A stretch of DNA of 64,000 bases, from assembly GCA_047495785.1 (NCBI GenBank), contig JBLDXI010000074.1:1426001-1490000 (forward strand), in the 5' to 3' direction. The DNA comes from Lepidodermella squamata. Lineage: Eukaryota; Animalia; Gastrotricha. Below, piece by piece: positions 1-13,878 of the stretch (its first letter is position 1; each line of letters opens with the position of its first letter). Position numbers and translations under genes: made by a program. The notes below the pieces were generated by a model. That model saw nothing but the letters and a program-made list of their open reading frames with translations, had not been told where the DNA came from and did not search any database.

Positions 1-3000
1 GCCGTTGTTGAAAACCGAATTTCCACCAGTGCCATTCGTCGTTGGCAGCTGTAGATTTGCGGCGTTGAACCCATTTTGCGGCATGGAGAAAAAACTGCTC
101 GCCGCTCCCTGGACGGAGCCTCCCGTGCTCGCGAACGCGCGAGGAAATGCGACGAAGCCCGATGTGGCTGGATCGCCGAAATGCGTCGCCCTTGGGTAGC
201 CGAGCATGCTGCCGCCGTTCGACACCGTATCTTCATTAGCGATGACGTTCGGCGAAACCGATGGCGGAGTGTTGCTTATGACGTCGCAGTTCATCGATTC
301 GTCATTGCTCATGTCACCCGACGCGCCTTCATCTTCAGTGTTATCACTCGATGACGCCCCCACGGTTTTTTGTTCTAGTTTTTCATACCCGCCATGCCCG
401 CTACGATTTTTCTTCTTTCGCGCGCTTGGATTTCGGTTATTGAGCTCGTCAATTTCTCGCAACACATCATGCTTAGCCCGCATTGACGGGTAGAAAAATT
501 TCAACGGTTTTAGATCAGCGATAACCTTCACTGGTTCACATTCTTTGAAAGTGCATGGACCATAACCACGTTCTACGAATTTCGTGCCATTTTTGTGCAG
601 TTTGACGTAGGGTATCACCACTGCACCGAGCTCGGTGCTTGAAAATCGAAGTAGGAACTAGAAAATGACAGTTAGATAATATACTCAAAATTAATGACAA
701 ATTCTGCTAAAAGTTAATGAACTGACAGAAGTAATCGATAAAAGCGTCAAATTTACTAATGCTAATGGCGTCTACGGGGAAAACAGGAAGCTCTGATCGA
801 ATTCTAACGACGATTTGAGGTTGACTCAGAGGGCAAATCTTGAAATTTGAAACTTACAGTTCCAGGTTGACAATCCTTCAGCATTTCTTCGACAGTTTCG
901 TGAGCCGTAAATCCAACGAGATGATCAGGCCAGAACGAATACAGACAGTCCTTACTCATCAATTTCAAACAGGAATGAAACCAGTCCCAGAAGGTGAAAC
1001 GTGGCAAATCAGGGTTATAACAGGGTAGTAGATCCTTGGCCAGCATTGTCCAAGTTACTGTCTCATTGTCGTAGCAATACGTGTTCGAGATACTCAGCCC
1101 GCTGTTGCTAGCGATTGGGCCGCCCGACATGACAGAGTTTCGTTTAGAATTATTGCCACTGTGAAGCAGGCGGTCGGCGAGATAGGCCAAGTTCTGTTCA
1201 GAGAGACCTTGCCCACAGACCGCCTTCCAGCGCCCGTTCAACAGCTGTTTCACATCGGCCCAGACAGCTTTCCGGGGTACCTCGAATGGCAACCGGTTTG
1301 GCTCGGCAAAGTAGTTGTCCCAGAGTGTGGCAATAGCCGCGTTCGCCTCTTGGCTGTTATGGACCGTAACTACAATAGGCAGGGACAGAACACTAGCGAG
1401 AACAGTTGTGCTTTGGGTGTCGAGAAGTTGGACTAAAGCTCGCATTGGAATTCCACAGATGAAAGCGAGACAAAACTTCTCTTCAGTCACCAGCTGGCTG
1501 TGTTTACGATCGCCGCGAGAAAAGTTGCTCTACAAAAATAGTTTAAAATAGTTTAAATCGTGGAAGAGTTCATTCCAATGCCGACTTTAAAGCCTGACTT
1601 ACCAGAGATAAAGCCTTGAAGACTGCACCGCATTGTTTAGTAGTTTTGTCAAAGGTCAGTTGAGCCGAATGAATACAAGCTCCTGAATTGTGTTTCGGCA
1701 GAGACACATTTTTCACAAATTCCTGCGCCTGGGATTCGCTCAGAAAATACACATCAACGTCCACATTTGCCGGCATCATTGCCCCAGCTCCTGATCCACC
1801 ACTCGCAGCCTTGCTGGCTCTTCCGCCCGGCATTCTCGAATTCGGTAGTTGTTGCGATTGCTGCTGAATTGCTGCTACTCTTTGTTCCACCATCGAGTCG
1901 ATAGACAACGTTTGTTGTTGGGCTATTGTCAAGCTGCCGCAGATAGGAAACGGCTTGCTAGCAACTACAGGGGACGAATTGCCATCCCTAGCCGCATTTG
2001 GCCCATTGAGCGGGAACAATACGCTTGGGCAAAGCATTCGAAGTTGCGGAGTTATAGCAAATTTCGCCCCTTTCCGAACAATCTGCGGCATCTGGCGTTC
2101 GAGGACCAAGCAATTCGACACCAGGCTGCTGAATAGGAACGAGAACACTTCATTCGCAGTGGCTTGCAGCTGGACAGCCATCTCCTCGTCGCCGATGTGC
2201 CTCGCAAAGATGATGGTCATCTGCAGCCTGGCCAAGTCCCGCATTATAACTTGAGCGGCTGTGTCGTAGGCTGCCTGCAGTTGGTCCAGATGCAAGGTCA
2301 GTCGTTCAGCAAAAGATTCCCGCGCCATCTGCCGATTGAAACGGGCTCGATAGTTGAGCAGGGCGGTTTCAGCTCGCTTCTGAGCCTCAGCGTACGACTT
2401 GATGGCCAGAACGATGCGTTCCTGTTGAGCTTGTCGCTCGGCCCACAGTTGCTGCTGTTGCACCGGCGAAATCGGAGTGTTCATCGATGTTGCGCCGTAG
2501 ATTCGTTCGAGAATTTTGACAAATGCGTCCAGGTTGTCGCCCAGGATTAGAGAAGCGGAAATCAGGCTAGAGACAGCCCCGTCAATGTCATCCTAATTGA
2601 AAATAAACAAGAATTGAAAAGGAAAGGAAAGAAAAGGAAAGGAAAGGAAAGGTTGAATACACTCAATTAAAGGTTACCGAATTATGTTTGAAGACGTTTA
2701 CCTGTTGAAGCAGTTTTTCGAAGTAGGCTGTCTCCTCGAGGAGACAGTGCCGCAAGCGCAGTAAGTAAGTCGTCGGGGCGATCAGCACTTGTTGCCCTGT
2801 TGTATTGCCCGGCAAGGTAACGGCCTTGCCAGCACAAATGTCATGCAACTGCGAAATGTGAAACTTGATGACCCGCTTGTCCTTATACATTTCGTTATCG
2901 CTGTTCTGCAGCTTCTGCTCCAAGAATTCAGCAGCGCTCATTATGAAAGCCGTTGCCTCAGTGGGTAGCATTTTGTCGGAGATGCGGAACCAAACCTCGG

Positions 3001-3148
3001 CGTTGCCTGCGATCCAGTCGGCCAGCAGCAGACGAGCTTCGATGGACAGTTGCTGCTGGGTGTAGACTGCGTATATTGTCTGCTGCACGATGTTGTTCTC
3101 CGACGGCTGCTGCATCAGCCAACATATTTCGCTCTGCTTCAAAGGCAT
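1..3148 (-). CDS. STAT: STAT transcription factor, STAT5-like, 3'-partial (>922 aa). Exons: complement(2702..3148, 1603..2592, 858..1529, <1..657)
   Basis: N-domain LSIEARLLLADWIA; DNA-binding domain SRGDRKHSQLVTEEKF and LSLPIVVTVHNSQ; linker LWDNYFAEPNRLPFEVP and FTFWDWF; SH2 GT|FLLRFSS split across intron 658..857; tail GGYEKLEQK (Tyr codon 385..387). Three phase-0 GT-AG introns (109, 73, 200 nt) keep the frame. Exon 4 is absent from the ORF track and is open to the window edge. Confidence 0.95.
2618..2652. repeat. (AAAGG)n simple repeat in STAT intron 1
   Basis: aaaggaaaggaaagaaaaggaaaggaaaggaaagg, read directly. Confidence 0.8.
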
Positions 3149-6100
3149 CTTTCAGTAGTTTCTAAACATTTCTAGGCAGCGACGTAGAACTGTCTTTGAA
3201 AACTTTGAGATAGGAATGCCAGCTTTCGCCCGAGTATGCGGGATTTTGGTGAGACATCACGATCGCTTAGCTGACTAAGCGTTTTACTCTGAATTTCACG
3301 CGTTATAGAAGCCCAACCGGCATCTAGCTTCAGCATCCGCTCGCTAGAAGCAACTGATTCCCAGAAAGATGTGGATAACTACGCGCGCCACGCTCAACTA
3401 TGTAGTGTGATCGTGACATTCTCGAGTTTCGCACGTGTCGGAAACGTAATGTGGGAGTTGTTAGCGATGAAATAGTTAACGCAGCAATTAAATAATGCTC
3501 AATCCCCATAATAGCAACTATGCGCGAAGTTATTCGCCAATCGATAACAATCGGTATGGGTATAAATAAAAATAAATTTGACTTGGACAGCAAATTGAGC
3601 ACAAGAAGAACAACCAGTAACACCCATTGGAACTATTAGCTTTAGAGTTCAAAAAATCTAAGCATAATCTTGGTTCATTCTAGGATATTAGATTGCCCTG
3701 AAACGCATTCTCAAAGGCTCGATTCCAAGCTTTGTGGAAACTCGCTCTGGAATTGTTTCGAGTGGTTCAATAATCTTGAAAGTATTGATAGTGTTTTGAT
3801 AGCGATACATCAAAATGCATCGTACACTTAATTTTCCAATGAAGCGTGAATTTCGGACTTTAGCGAGAGCTGAAACAGATCATTGGGCATAATTCAATTT
3901 CTACTAAAATAGAAATGGATAAATGGGGCCTTGTTTAACTGCTACCTACTTGGGATATAGAATAACCTTTTTCACAGCTGCTAATCGCCCTTTTTGAACA
4001 CTGTCTCTGGGTAACGCCCCAGATTTCCATAAATTTGGGCAATTCAATTAACAAATTGCACAAATGAGGGCTATGAATCTATCAAAACAGTGTCTTTTTT
4101 GTGAAGTAGAAAATTCTGGCGAAAACGTAAAGTTTTGACACAAATATCGAAAATCACGGGGTTTATAAGCCGTGATGATCTCGGCGAAAGGTCAAGAAGA
4201 ACAGGCGTGCTTCGTTGAATTTTAAAAGATATAACGCAGAGTGGTAATAACAAACTACGCACGAGTGAAACGATTTTCCGCGAAACACTCAACGCGCGCG
4301 CACGTCAAATTTCTGACGCACTATATCTATACAAGAAAAAATGCTATTAAAATGAAATCCAAAATAAAACCGAAAAGACGACTTGATTTTTGGTCCGAAA
4401 ATCGTAGATTCACGCAAGCACTATCTTTTGTCATCAAAAATGCGGTTGAATGGCTATATCGAAACTAGCGAAGAACTTATAGCCCGTGGAAAAGACAAAA
4501 ATTGACTCGGTGCTGAATGTGTCCTTAGAAATAGGGATAGTTAGGGACACTGCTGGGCCGTGTAAAAGCCGGACTTGGGCCTACTGTGTCGTGTGAAATG
4601 TGAGACTGATGCTCGCCATCGAGCGGGCAGACATTGTTGACAGTGAGCGATGTAGCGAGAAAAGCGCATAGCTGGTGCGTTAATCAAATTTAGGCGAAAC
4701 GCACCGAGCAGCAGCAGCAGCAGCATCGCCGACAGGTATCACCTTTCGATCGATGGCAAGCAATAATTACGCAGCGAGTAGCAACCGCCGACGACGATTG
4801 AAAAAAAAACACGTGTCTAACTAATCTGGCGAGAGCGCGCAGCCTGGAGATTACTCAGGTGTATCTTCATCATCATCAGCATCATCATCTTTGACAGGCT
4901 GCGAGCGAGCGAGCGAACGAGGGGGTGGGCGAAAAAACTAATGCGTATTCACACGCGCGCGTTCGAATGTGCGCGGTTATTTTCGGACTCGCGCAGCGAA
5001 TTAGGTAAAAGTGGAAAATTGATAATAATGCTATAATGCGGCGATAAGCGCGGTTTTCCGCGGCTTGTAAGCGGTGAATTCGCGGAAAAACTCCGCATGT
5101 ACGCCATTTGTGACACCGAGCGATAACCTAGATAGCAATAATTGCGGTTATTTACAATGTTACCAAGTAAATGGTCAACAAATAGTTAAGCCGTCAAATT
5201 ACAAGCCGTTTAATGTCAAAACTGCATGGCTGCTTATCCGCCCAACCTGATGCCTTGACAGGAGATTCTTATCATTTTTTGGCGCGGCAATTGTTATTCG
5301 GAGGTTCTCTTGCCTGAGGCAGCACCAATCTTGTCGAAAAATAATCGCGGATTTCTGGTATAATCGAAAGACCACAGACGTGGCTCGGTAAAGTTTCAGC
5401 ACTTAGTCTCGAGCAAGATTTCAAGATTTCAGGGTGCACGGTCTTGAAGAGATTAAAACTGTTCGGAATATTTTTTACCGGAAACAAATCTACGGTGAGC
5501 GGAACCTAATTTGCTGTAGCGAAACCAAGTTTACATTTTGCTAAACCAAACTCGAATATGCCAAGATTCCTGTTTTGAATAATTCTACGAATTTTAGGCG
5601 AAGCATGAGTTCTGAATTGAATTGCGTCTTATAGAGAATAACACGCTGAATTTACTGGTGATTTTTGTAGAATAATTGTGCTCAATCTTGGCCCGCGAAA
5701 AATATGCAAAAGGTTATTTCAGGCTATCAGACCCGAAACTATTTTTACAGCTATTTTATGATAGTTGAAGGCAAGGAAAAGGCTTTGTTCTTTCTTATAC
5801 GTTTTCCATAAGTAAGAGATAAGACTAGTCATTGTACATTTTTCAACGTGGCTTTGAGCCATCAAGATTCAAAATAGCCACCAATAATCGACTAACATGA
5901 AATGGTTACTGTGATATTATGTATAATATCGCTTTCTCGACATTCGAAGAAGTGAGTCACAAGTGACGAAGAAGCTATATGGATGCAATGGCACCGTGAA
6001 AATAGTATCTAGCAACTCGGCCCAGCCCACTTTTCCGGTAAAGATATGAATGCCGGGAGAAAAATTATCTCCGTAACGCGGTATTTTTTCTTGGTATATA

Positions 6101-7618
6101 ATAGAAATTTCAGAAATGGATACCAATGTCTACTAATCTACGCCTCTACGCCTACTTTACCATGTACTTTTCAAAATTCGACCCAAGCATTCACAAAAAC
6201 TGGGAACTCACAATATACTAACGTCCATGTGCCAAAGAGGATTTCCAAATTTACGCGCTAATTTTCATGCAAAAAAGTTTGATCGCTGAAAATGCGGTAA
6301 AGTCAGTAAATACCTATCGTAGAATCACCAAAATTTGTCGATAAATTGGAACGCCTTTGTCTCGAATGACATAAATTCCAGAACAATGACTGATTTTTGA
6401 TCATCGCAAACTCGAATTTGTCTAAAGAAATTGCCCTATAGTTTGCGATTGGTGCTACATATAGTTAGTTGGCTAAAAGCTGAACTGTTCTGAAATCTTG
6501 AAAAAATGAGAATGACGGTAAGACAGAGATTTACAGAGAAATTGCACAAGTTTTATTCTATGAAATGGCTAGAGCAAGTTAGTAATTTTCGACAGCAGAA
6601 AATAATAATTATGGCAACTGATTATATTGACGCTAAAAAGCGCGTTAATTATCTCAAATTACGACACGATAGGCGTGAAAAAATGACAAATTTGCGTTAT
6701 TTCTCGGAAAACGCACGCGCATTCATGCAACAGCCATGCCTATAGGTTAACGTATTTACCATGCCTGTTATAGGAAACAAAGTCTTGGCCGGGCAGATAA
6801 GCAGCTATGAGCGGTGACTAGCAGCTACAGCGCTCTGGTTCAAATTGCTTCAAGACCGATAACGAAATGGCGCAAGTGCGATAAGCCTATGACGGCCACT
6901 TTGTGAGTCACTTTGAGCACTTCGCTGACAAATCAGCAGCGGCGGCGGTAATTAATTGCCTAATACTTATCGGGGACAAACGCATAACAAGACATGAAAC
7001 GCGTCCAATTACTTGATCATTATTGTCCAGGTGGATCCAGGCCGGACTATGCATGCACTGCTCGAGCGCGCATCCCTTTTTGTCCGATTTGCTCTGATTT
7101 GCCGTTCCATGCGTAAAATGCACGCCGATAATAGTCATTTAAATAGCGAAATCCAAGACACTGAAATGGGACGGGCTAAGGAGAATAATTGAACGCGATT
7201 CGACTCAAGTTGTTCTAAGACTTCTAAGACAAGCCTCTGCTTTCTAGAGAGCCGAAATTACTTCCCTAAATTTCTAGAATTTTCGGCTCTCATCTCGACT
7301 ATTTTCTGTGTTACTCTCAGGTACACAGAAAAATCTTCATTCCGGCCTGCTGATTGTTGATTTCCGAAAATCACCATTTAGCCGGTGCAAATATTCCCAA
7401 GTTCACTACTGTGCGTTACACGTAAGGTGTAAACCAATCATGCGATCGTCTCTAACTCATCGAATTCTTTTTATTTCATTTTTTTATTAGCATTATATTA
7501 ATACTCTTCATAGTGAACACTCTAGCGCTTGAGCAACGCCACATCGGGAATAGCACAGGGTTTGTTTTACATTTCAACTGCTCAGAGGCCACCACCTCGA
7601 CGGAAAATAATGAAGGAA

Positions 7619-8077
7619 TCAGCTGGCAATGCTGTGTTCGCCGACATTCCGCGACTCGCGCAACTGCATTTCTTCGATTTGACGGCTCAGCTAAAATATT
7701 AAAAAAATAATTACACAAAGAGCAATGAAATTGGAAAATTTTTACTTGGAATAAATAGAAGAATGCAGTTTGTAATTTTTTAAACTTTGAATATTCAAAA
7801 TTTTAAAATTTGCTCGTCGAGACAGGCGCGAGTAACAAATCAATTTATACTAATGCTATACCTGTTTAGCAGCGGCGTCGTAGTTGCGTCTGGGCGGGCG
7901 CACCTGGGCGTTGCGTTGCCGCGCATCGTTGCGCATCGTCGCCAGCTGATGCTGCATGGCCGCGATTTTCAACTGCAACTGCTGGAACGAGTTCAACGCA
8001 GCGCTTGCAGACGACCTCATGCCGCAGTCGCTTTCCAGGTTTGAAGGTCCGCTGGGCTGGCGCTGAGGTGTCTCCAT
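7619..8077 (-). CDS. Candidate 95-aa coiled-coil microprotein, complement(join(7619..7690,7862..8077))
   Basis: GC-rich 216-nt exon from ATG at 8077 to donor CAG|GTATAG. AT-rich 171-nt intron ending aatattttag. A phase-0 join gives ...LNSFQQLQLKIAAMQHQLATMRNDARQ...NYDAAAKQ|LSRQIEEMQLRESRNVGEHSIAS*. Minus-strand AATAAA near 7470-7490. No homolog recognised. Confidence 0.5.
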
Positions 8078-11000
8078 TGTTTTTCGATCGGGAGAGATAA
8101 AAATACGAAAAATAAGGAAAATCACTTGATCGAGTCTAGAAACACGAGAAATCAATAACAAAAATTAAAATTAAAATGCCAAATTTTTCGAATATTAATT
8201 AGACATTCTAGAAAACTATTCAGGAATTGATTTTCTGAAAAACCGAACCAGTGCATGTTGTGTAGGTATTGAAGTAAAATAATATGGTAAACGCTGAATT
8301 AACTGGCGAATAATGCGTGTTGGCTTGGTTCGTTCGTTCGCTGTTAGCAGCGTAGTAGCATTGGCTTGAAATGCAACGGTCACTGCCACAGGCGCAGACA
8401 GCCACCGTCTGCTGCTGCCGAATGTGAAGAGTGCATGTGCGCATGATCGCTGGTGTGCTGGCTATAGACGCGTCGTCGTTGTGCAACACGTTGGCGCACG
8501 TTGCACACCCGCCGCCGCCGCCGATGTCGTGTGCGCGTTACCGCATCACGCGCAACACTAATACAGTTATTATTATTATCATTATCATTATCAAGTAGAT
8601 GAGTGATTGCAGTGCGATCGCGCTTCATTAGCTACCGCAGCAGCAGTACTCGCGTATTGGAGAACAGATTAAACTTATGCTACAGCCTGTTATAGCATTG
8701 ATTACTGACTATCGAATATCGGCAGAAATCGATCAATCAGGAGTGTGGAATTTAGCGAAGTTTTCGAAGTATTGGTAACTATCGGGATAATTTCCAGTTG
8801 ACGGACGATTTTTTTTAACAAGAATGACTTGTGATCTTATGCAAATTTCACTTTTCAACATTTTGATGACCCAAGCCTTTGAACATGATCGAAAAACCAG
8901 CCGTAGAAGAGTTATCAGAAACAAAAATTACCCGAAAATTCAGGAAATTTACTGAGCCCTTGCTAAATTATGAAAAAATGCCTGGTTTTGAGCAATTTTG
9001 GAAAAGGCACTTTTTCTGTCGCCAACGCAATCGTGGCAATAATTGTGCATCGAAATGTCTGTATTTTCCAGTTTATCAGTTATAAACCCCGCAAATTCGA
9101 CCCCCGATCGAGCTGCCGATCGAGTTAACTCAATTAACAGGTGGGGCGACCTTTCAATGCCGCTATAATTTAATCAAAGCTATTTTTACAGCAATCAAGG
9201 CTCGACCTTGTTTACCTCTGCTTCTCTATTTCTCCAATTTTGTATTAATTATTTGTGCGTCGTCGTAATGAGATACCGGTATCATCTTTCATCTCTCTCA
9301 GGTTGCTTTTTCGCCGTGAAGAGAAAAAAAAATCGAAAAACAAGCCGTGTAATTAAAATGGTGTCGTTTTATTTTGAAGAATAATACCATATATAGGTAT
9401 ATATTTTCACGGTGGTGGTGGTGGTTATTCTCTTTTTTTGCCGTTATTAAACCCGGCGAAGTGACCGGCGAGCGGCCTCTCAATTGGCGGCGATTTTGAC
9501 TCGTCGAGTGCGTGTGCTACACTTGAAGTGCGAGTCGCAGCGGGCTCGCTCTTGAAAAGGTGGCGAAAAGTGCGCGTCAAAAGCGCACAACTTGTCACCC
9601 TTTTGAGTCGGTCTCGCAGTCGCTAAATAAAGGCGCAACAAAACGTATTATTTATTATTGCTGCTATTAATATATTATTTATATACAAATAGGTATATTG
9701 CCAGCAAATGAGAAGAAGAGCAGCCAGCCAGCCAGCCAGCCACCAGTTATAACAAAAATTAGCCGGGTGCGGTTATACTTATTACCTACCTATGTACATG
9801 ACGTGTATATGAGCCTTCTCTCGAGACGTGTTTTTATTTGCTAGGTATAGTTATGGCCGCAGCCACTTAAGGGTGCCTGTAAACGCGCCATGATATATCC
9901 GCCCGCTGTAATTACACGTATTTTTTCGGTACGTGAGATCGCGCGGTGAGATGGTACAGAAAAAACAGCAGCAGCAGCAGCAGCAGTTGAAGAAGCACGG
10001 CCGTAAATAATGTAATTGGCATCATCAAGATATGATGTGCGCTCTTTATTATCTCTCGCTCCCCTCGAAATAATCGGCCCGCTAATCGCTTTTAACATAG
10101 AAACAATACGCGCGCCCTTGATCGACCACTTTTTACAAGTGGAGGATTTTTTCACTATCGACATAACAACACATCATCATCCTCATAATGTTAGACGCGC
10201 GTATTGCGTTACCTAATAAATATCCGATTTTATAGATTATCATGTATGTATGTATGTATACAGCGAATGACCTGTAAAAAATCGTACCTAATTTTAGACA
10301 CCTCACATCAGGTGCGTTTTCCTGCCTCCCCGTGCGCGTAATTCAATTTAATTAATTAACTATAATTCGTCTCCCAAGGTGCGCGTGTAATTGACCTCGG
10401 TCACCATATATAGGTATATTACTATTTTGCGATTAATTAATTTAGATTATTTTTTGTCCCGGTAAATCGATCGAATTCTACGCGCCTAGCCTGTCATTTA
10501 CATTATTTTTCTTTTGTTGTGTGTTTTTTGTTTCGGGATGACCGAAATGTGTGCGAGTGTGTGGGAAGACAATAGCCTTGGCTCATTATTCGATTTATTG
10601 TCATTGCGATTCAGCCCATGGCTGTAAGTAATGAAATATGAATATTGTATCGCTTTACTTATTACCGCGCTAATGTATCATTCACGCTGCTGCAGCTGGA
10701 TGACGTACAAGTACACAGCGAGTGACACTTTTTTCTTTCTTTATTATTGCTTTATTTCAACAACATTGACGATCGTTAATGCACTATCTATCGCCTTTGT
10801 TTGCCCTAGAAATTGAATTTCTTCGTAATTTCAGCGACACGCTGGACAGGTGGGATTATAAGGACTTGCGATTAAAAGATAGATACACACTGTATGACAA
10901 GTACATCCTCTACGACAGTCTCCTAATGTTTTATCGCATTAAGACATTTATTCAATTTTTTATAAGAAGAAACGGTCCGACTTCGAAGAAAATGTGGTTG

Positions 11001-13878
11001 TCAATTTTTGCGAGTTTTGGCGATTTAATCGATTATTTTTAGAACTCCTAATTTCTAATTATTTTCGAAACAGACTCATAAAATTATATTATTATTTATT
11101 ATTTCAGCTTTTAGGTTTTTTTTGTTCAAGCGAGATACGGGCCTGTTTTCATCCTATTTCCCTAGTTTAGAAAACGAGGGAAATTTGGTCAGTATCATTT
11201 TAATTTCAATTTAGGACTTGGATCTTGGACTATTTCACTCAAGTCACATTATGCCAAATACCTGAAGAATGTCCCATTTTGCCTTAGTTCGTGAATGCTA
11301 CGATATTACTATACTTTTGCATCTTAGTGATAAATACCTTTATTCTAGAAATCACCAAATTTGTGTGTTACGGCAATGAATGGGAAGCAGAGACAACAGT
11401 TGTCGTCGCAATATAAAGCCTGTCAAATAATTATAGGTCTGTAATTTGTGTCTTTGATTTTGCTCACTATAATACTAAAACAGTTACATGCGCTGTCTTT
11501 CCGCCGCACTCGCGATCGAATGCGCGCGCGCGCTTTCGCATCGCCATCAACAACAATAACAATAGGCGAAATATTATAGCCATGCGATTTGTCATCATCG
11601 CTTGTACTTCCGCCGAAACTTCGTTTGCCTCGCTCAATTTTCTGCTTCTTCTTCTTCTCAAAAATCGCCGCTTTTCATCTATCTATCTATCATCTTTCAC
11701 CGCGGCTATATATGTAAAATTAAGGTACCTATAAAAAAAAAGCATTTTTCCTTTCTACTAGAAATTGCTGTATATGTACGAGCGGTGAAATTAGATTATT
11801 TACAATCCATGCGTAAATGAGAAAAATGATTTTTCGACTGATGATGCTGATCATGAAGATGATCGCAGTCATTTTGCGAGGACACTTGTTATTATTTATT
11901 GCGGGCGGGCGCGCGCGCGATTTCGTGTTTGTTTTGTTCTTCGCTCACAGCCGCGCCTGCTTAATACCTTTTCCTCTAATATACCACCACCAGCAAATAA
12001 GGTGTTGTGGCTAGTATATAGTAGGTACTACTTAGGGCGACTACTACTACTACAAGTTGGAAATCTATATACCCTCTTAAAAGGTGTGTATTTTAGCGCA
12101 TTCGCGTGGCGTTGCTTTACGTTACCTATATATATTGGCATATTTGTATTATAATTATTTATTGTTGATTAGTACCTGTGTATAACGGCCCATTTTACAA
12201 TAAGTATTAAGTATATATCGAGAGAACCGGCGCGAACGCAGAAACGCGCTTCGAAACGCATCATCCGGTGTTTACGATGCCGATGTTGATGAAAAGGAAC
12301 TTCTCGAATCACCTTATTCTTGGACACCTCCTAAATAGTATACAGCTGTGCAAAAATAATTTCTTTTAGATTCCTTATCTAGCTATTCTACCTACTCGGG
12401 ATAATTTCAAGTTGATAGACGGATCTCGGGGAATGTCTCAAAAACTATTTGATGTAGCTCTCTTCATGTCACGCCGCCAAATTTCGAGTAAATAAACACA
12501 AAAGTATTGCACCAAATGAATGCTGAACTTTTTTATTTAGGTCTTTACTAATATCTCGGTAAATAAATTCGAAAACTTGGAATTGCAAATTCGCAGGATA
12601 CGGCTTTCAACGAAATGAATTATTCGCATCTTTTATGTAGATATGCCACTAAATTTTCCAAGTCCCATGGGTTTATTGCATAAAATCTGGCATGTTGCCA
12701 TACTGATGAGCAATTGTTTTCCAAGGTCAGCCTATAATTGACTTGTGAGCAGGTATCAGATTTTTGTTTCTGCGACAAGGCTGACGCAGGACATAGGACT
12801 GATTAGCCCATGCTAATTTATTAATCATCTGAATTACGTTAATCTAAGCTTTATTGCTTTGACCTCAACTCACACGCATTTTCCGAGAGTTTCAAAGTTG
12901 CATCGGATTTCACGAAATGTTCTCCTTTTTATTCGAAGCTTGGAGCAACCTTCGATCTGGCCAAAACTGCCATTCGAAATTTTTCGCATATTCCATTGTA
13001 CTTCAATTGGTTTTCATTTTGAAACCGCCAGCCACTATTCGGCTATTTCCCGAATACTTTTCGATTTCTCCATAACATGTGGTGGTGGTGGTGGTAAATA
13101 ACAACAATTTTGTTGTATAAACCGATCAAGATTAATTGAAGCAATTTGTCAAAAGTCATTTCAGCCCTTGGATCGCAGTTTTTGTTTACGAATTATCGCG
13201 CCTTGTTGCCTAAAAATACGACTGCGCGCGTTTTTATTATTATCCGCAGCTGCATCATCAGTAGTAGTAGTAGTATAGTCGGACCACGAGCACCATCTTC
13301 ATCTTCATATTATAGGAACTCGAGGCGCGCATTTGTGACAGACACCAGAAAACGCGAAAACGATATAAGTAACACAAATAGCATATCGGAGCTTTGTATC
13401 GTAGATAGGCTGGTGATAATACGCTAGATATTTTATGATGATCTGGCGCGTGTCGCGAAATGGGCGGCGAGCGAGCGGCTTTCACGCTATTGACCCAAAT
13501 AAGACGCGTTATTATTTATTCGCTTTACATGCGCTTGCGACGAGCGAGCGGCCGCGCGCGCGCAGCAGCTTATATCATTATACAAACTTGTAATAGTAAT
13601 AATAAGACAAACTATTTTTCCGCCCGTGGTCGCGATCGAGGCAAGAAAAAATTAGAATTAACACGTTACAAAGTTATATGTCAAAGAAATTTCTGCTGCA
13701 TATCGCATATATGCATGTATAATCTTGTTTTTCTGCCTTTTTTCGATATTATATCTGCATTGTAAAAGACGACAAATTCGCCGAACCGTGACCATATTCT
13801 GATTTTTTGCCATTTTTTAGGTCTCGCAATTTTCTAGTTTTAAACGATGACTCGATGGGCGAATTTTGACGCCGTTAG

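Noticed and set aside
5036-5098. Small hairpin (ttttccgcg...cgcggaaaa) as a possible pre-miRNA
   Set aside because: The stem is short and interrupted, and such CG/AT palindromes are common throughout this region.
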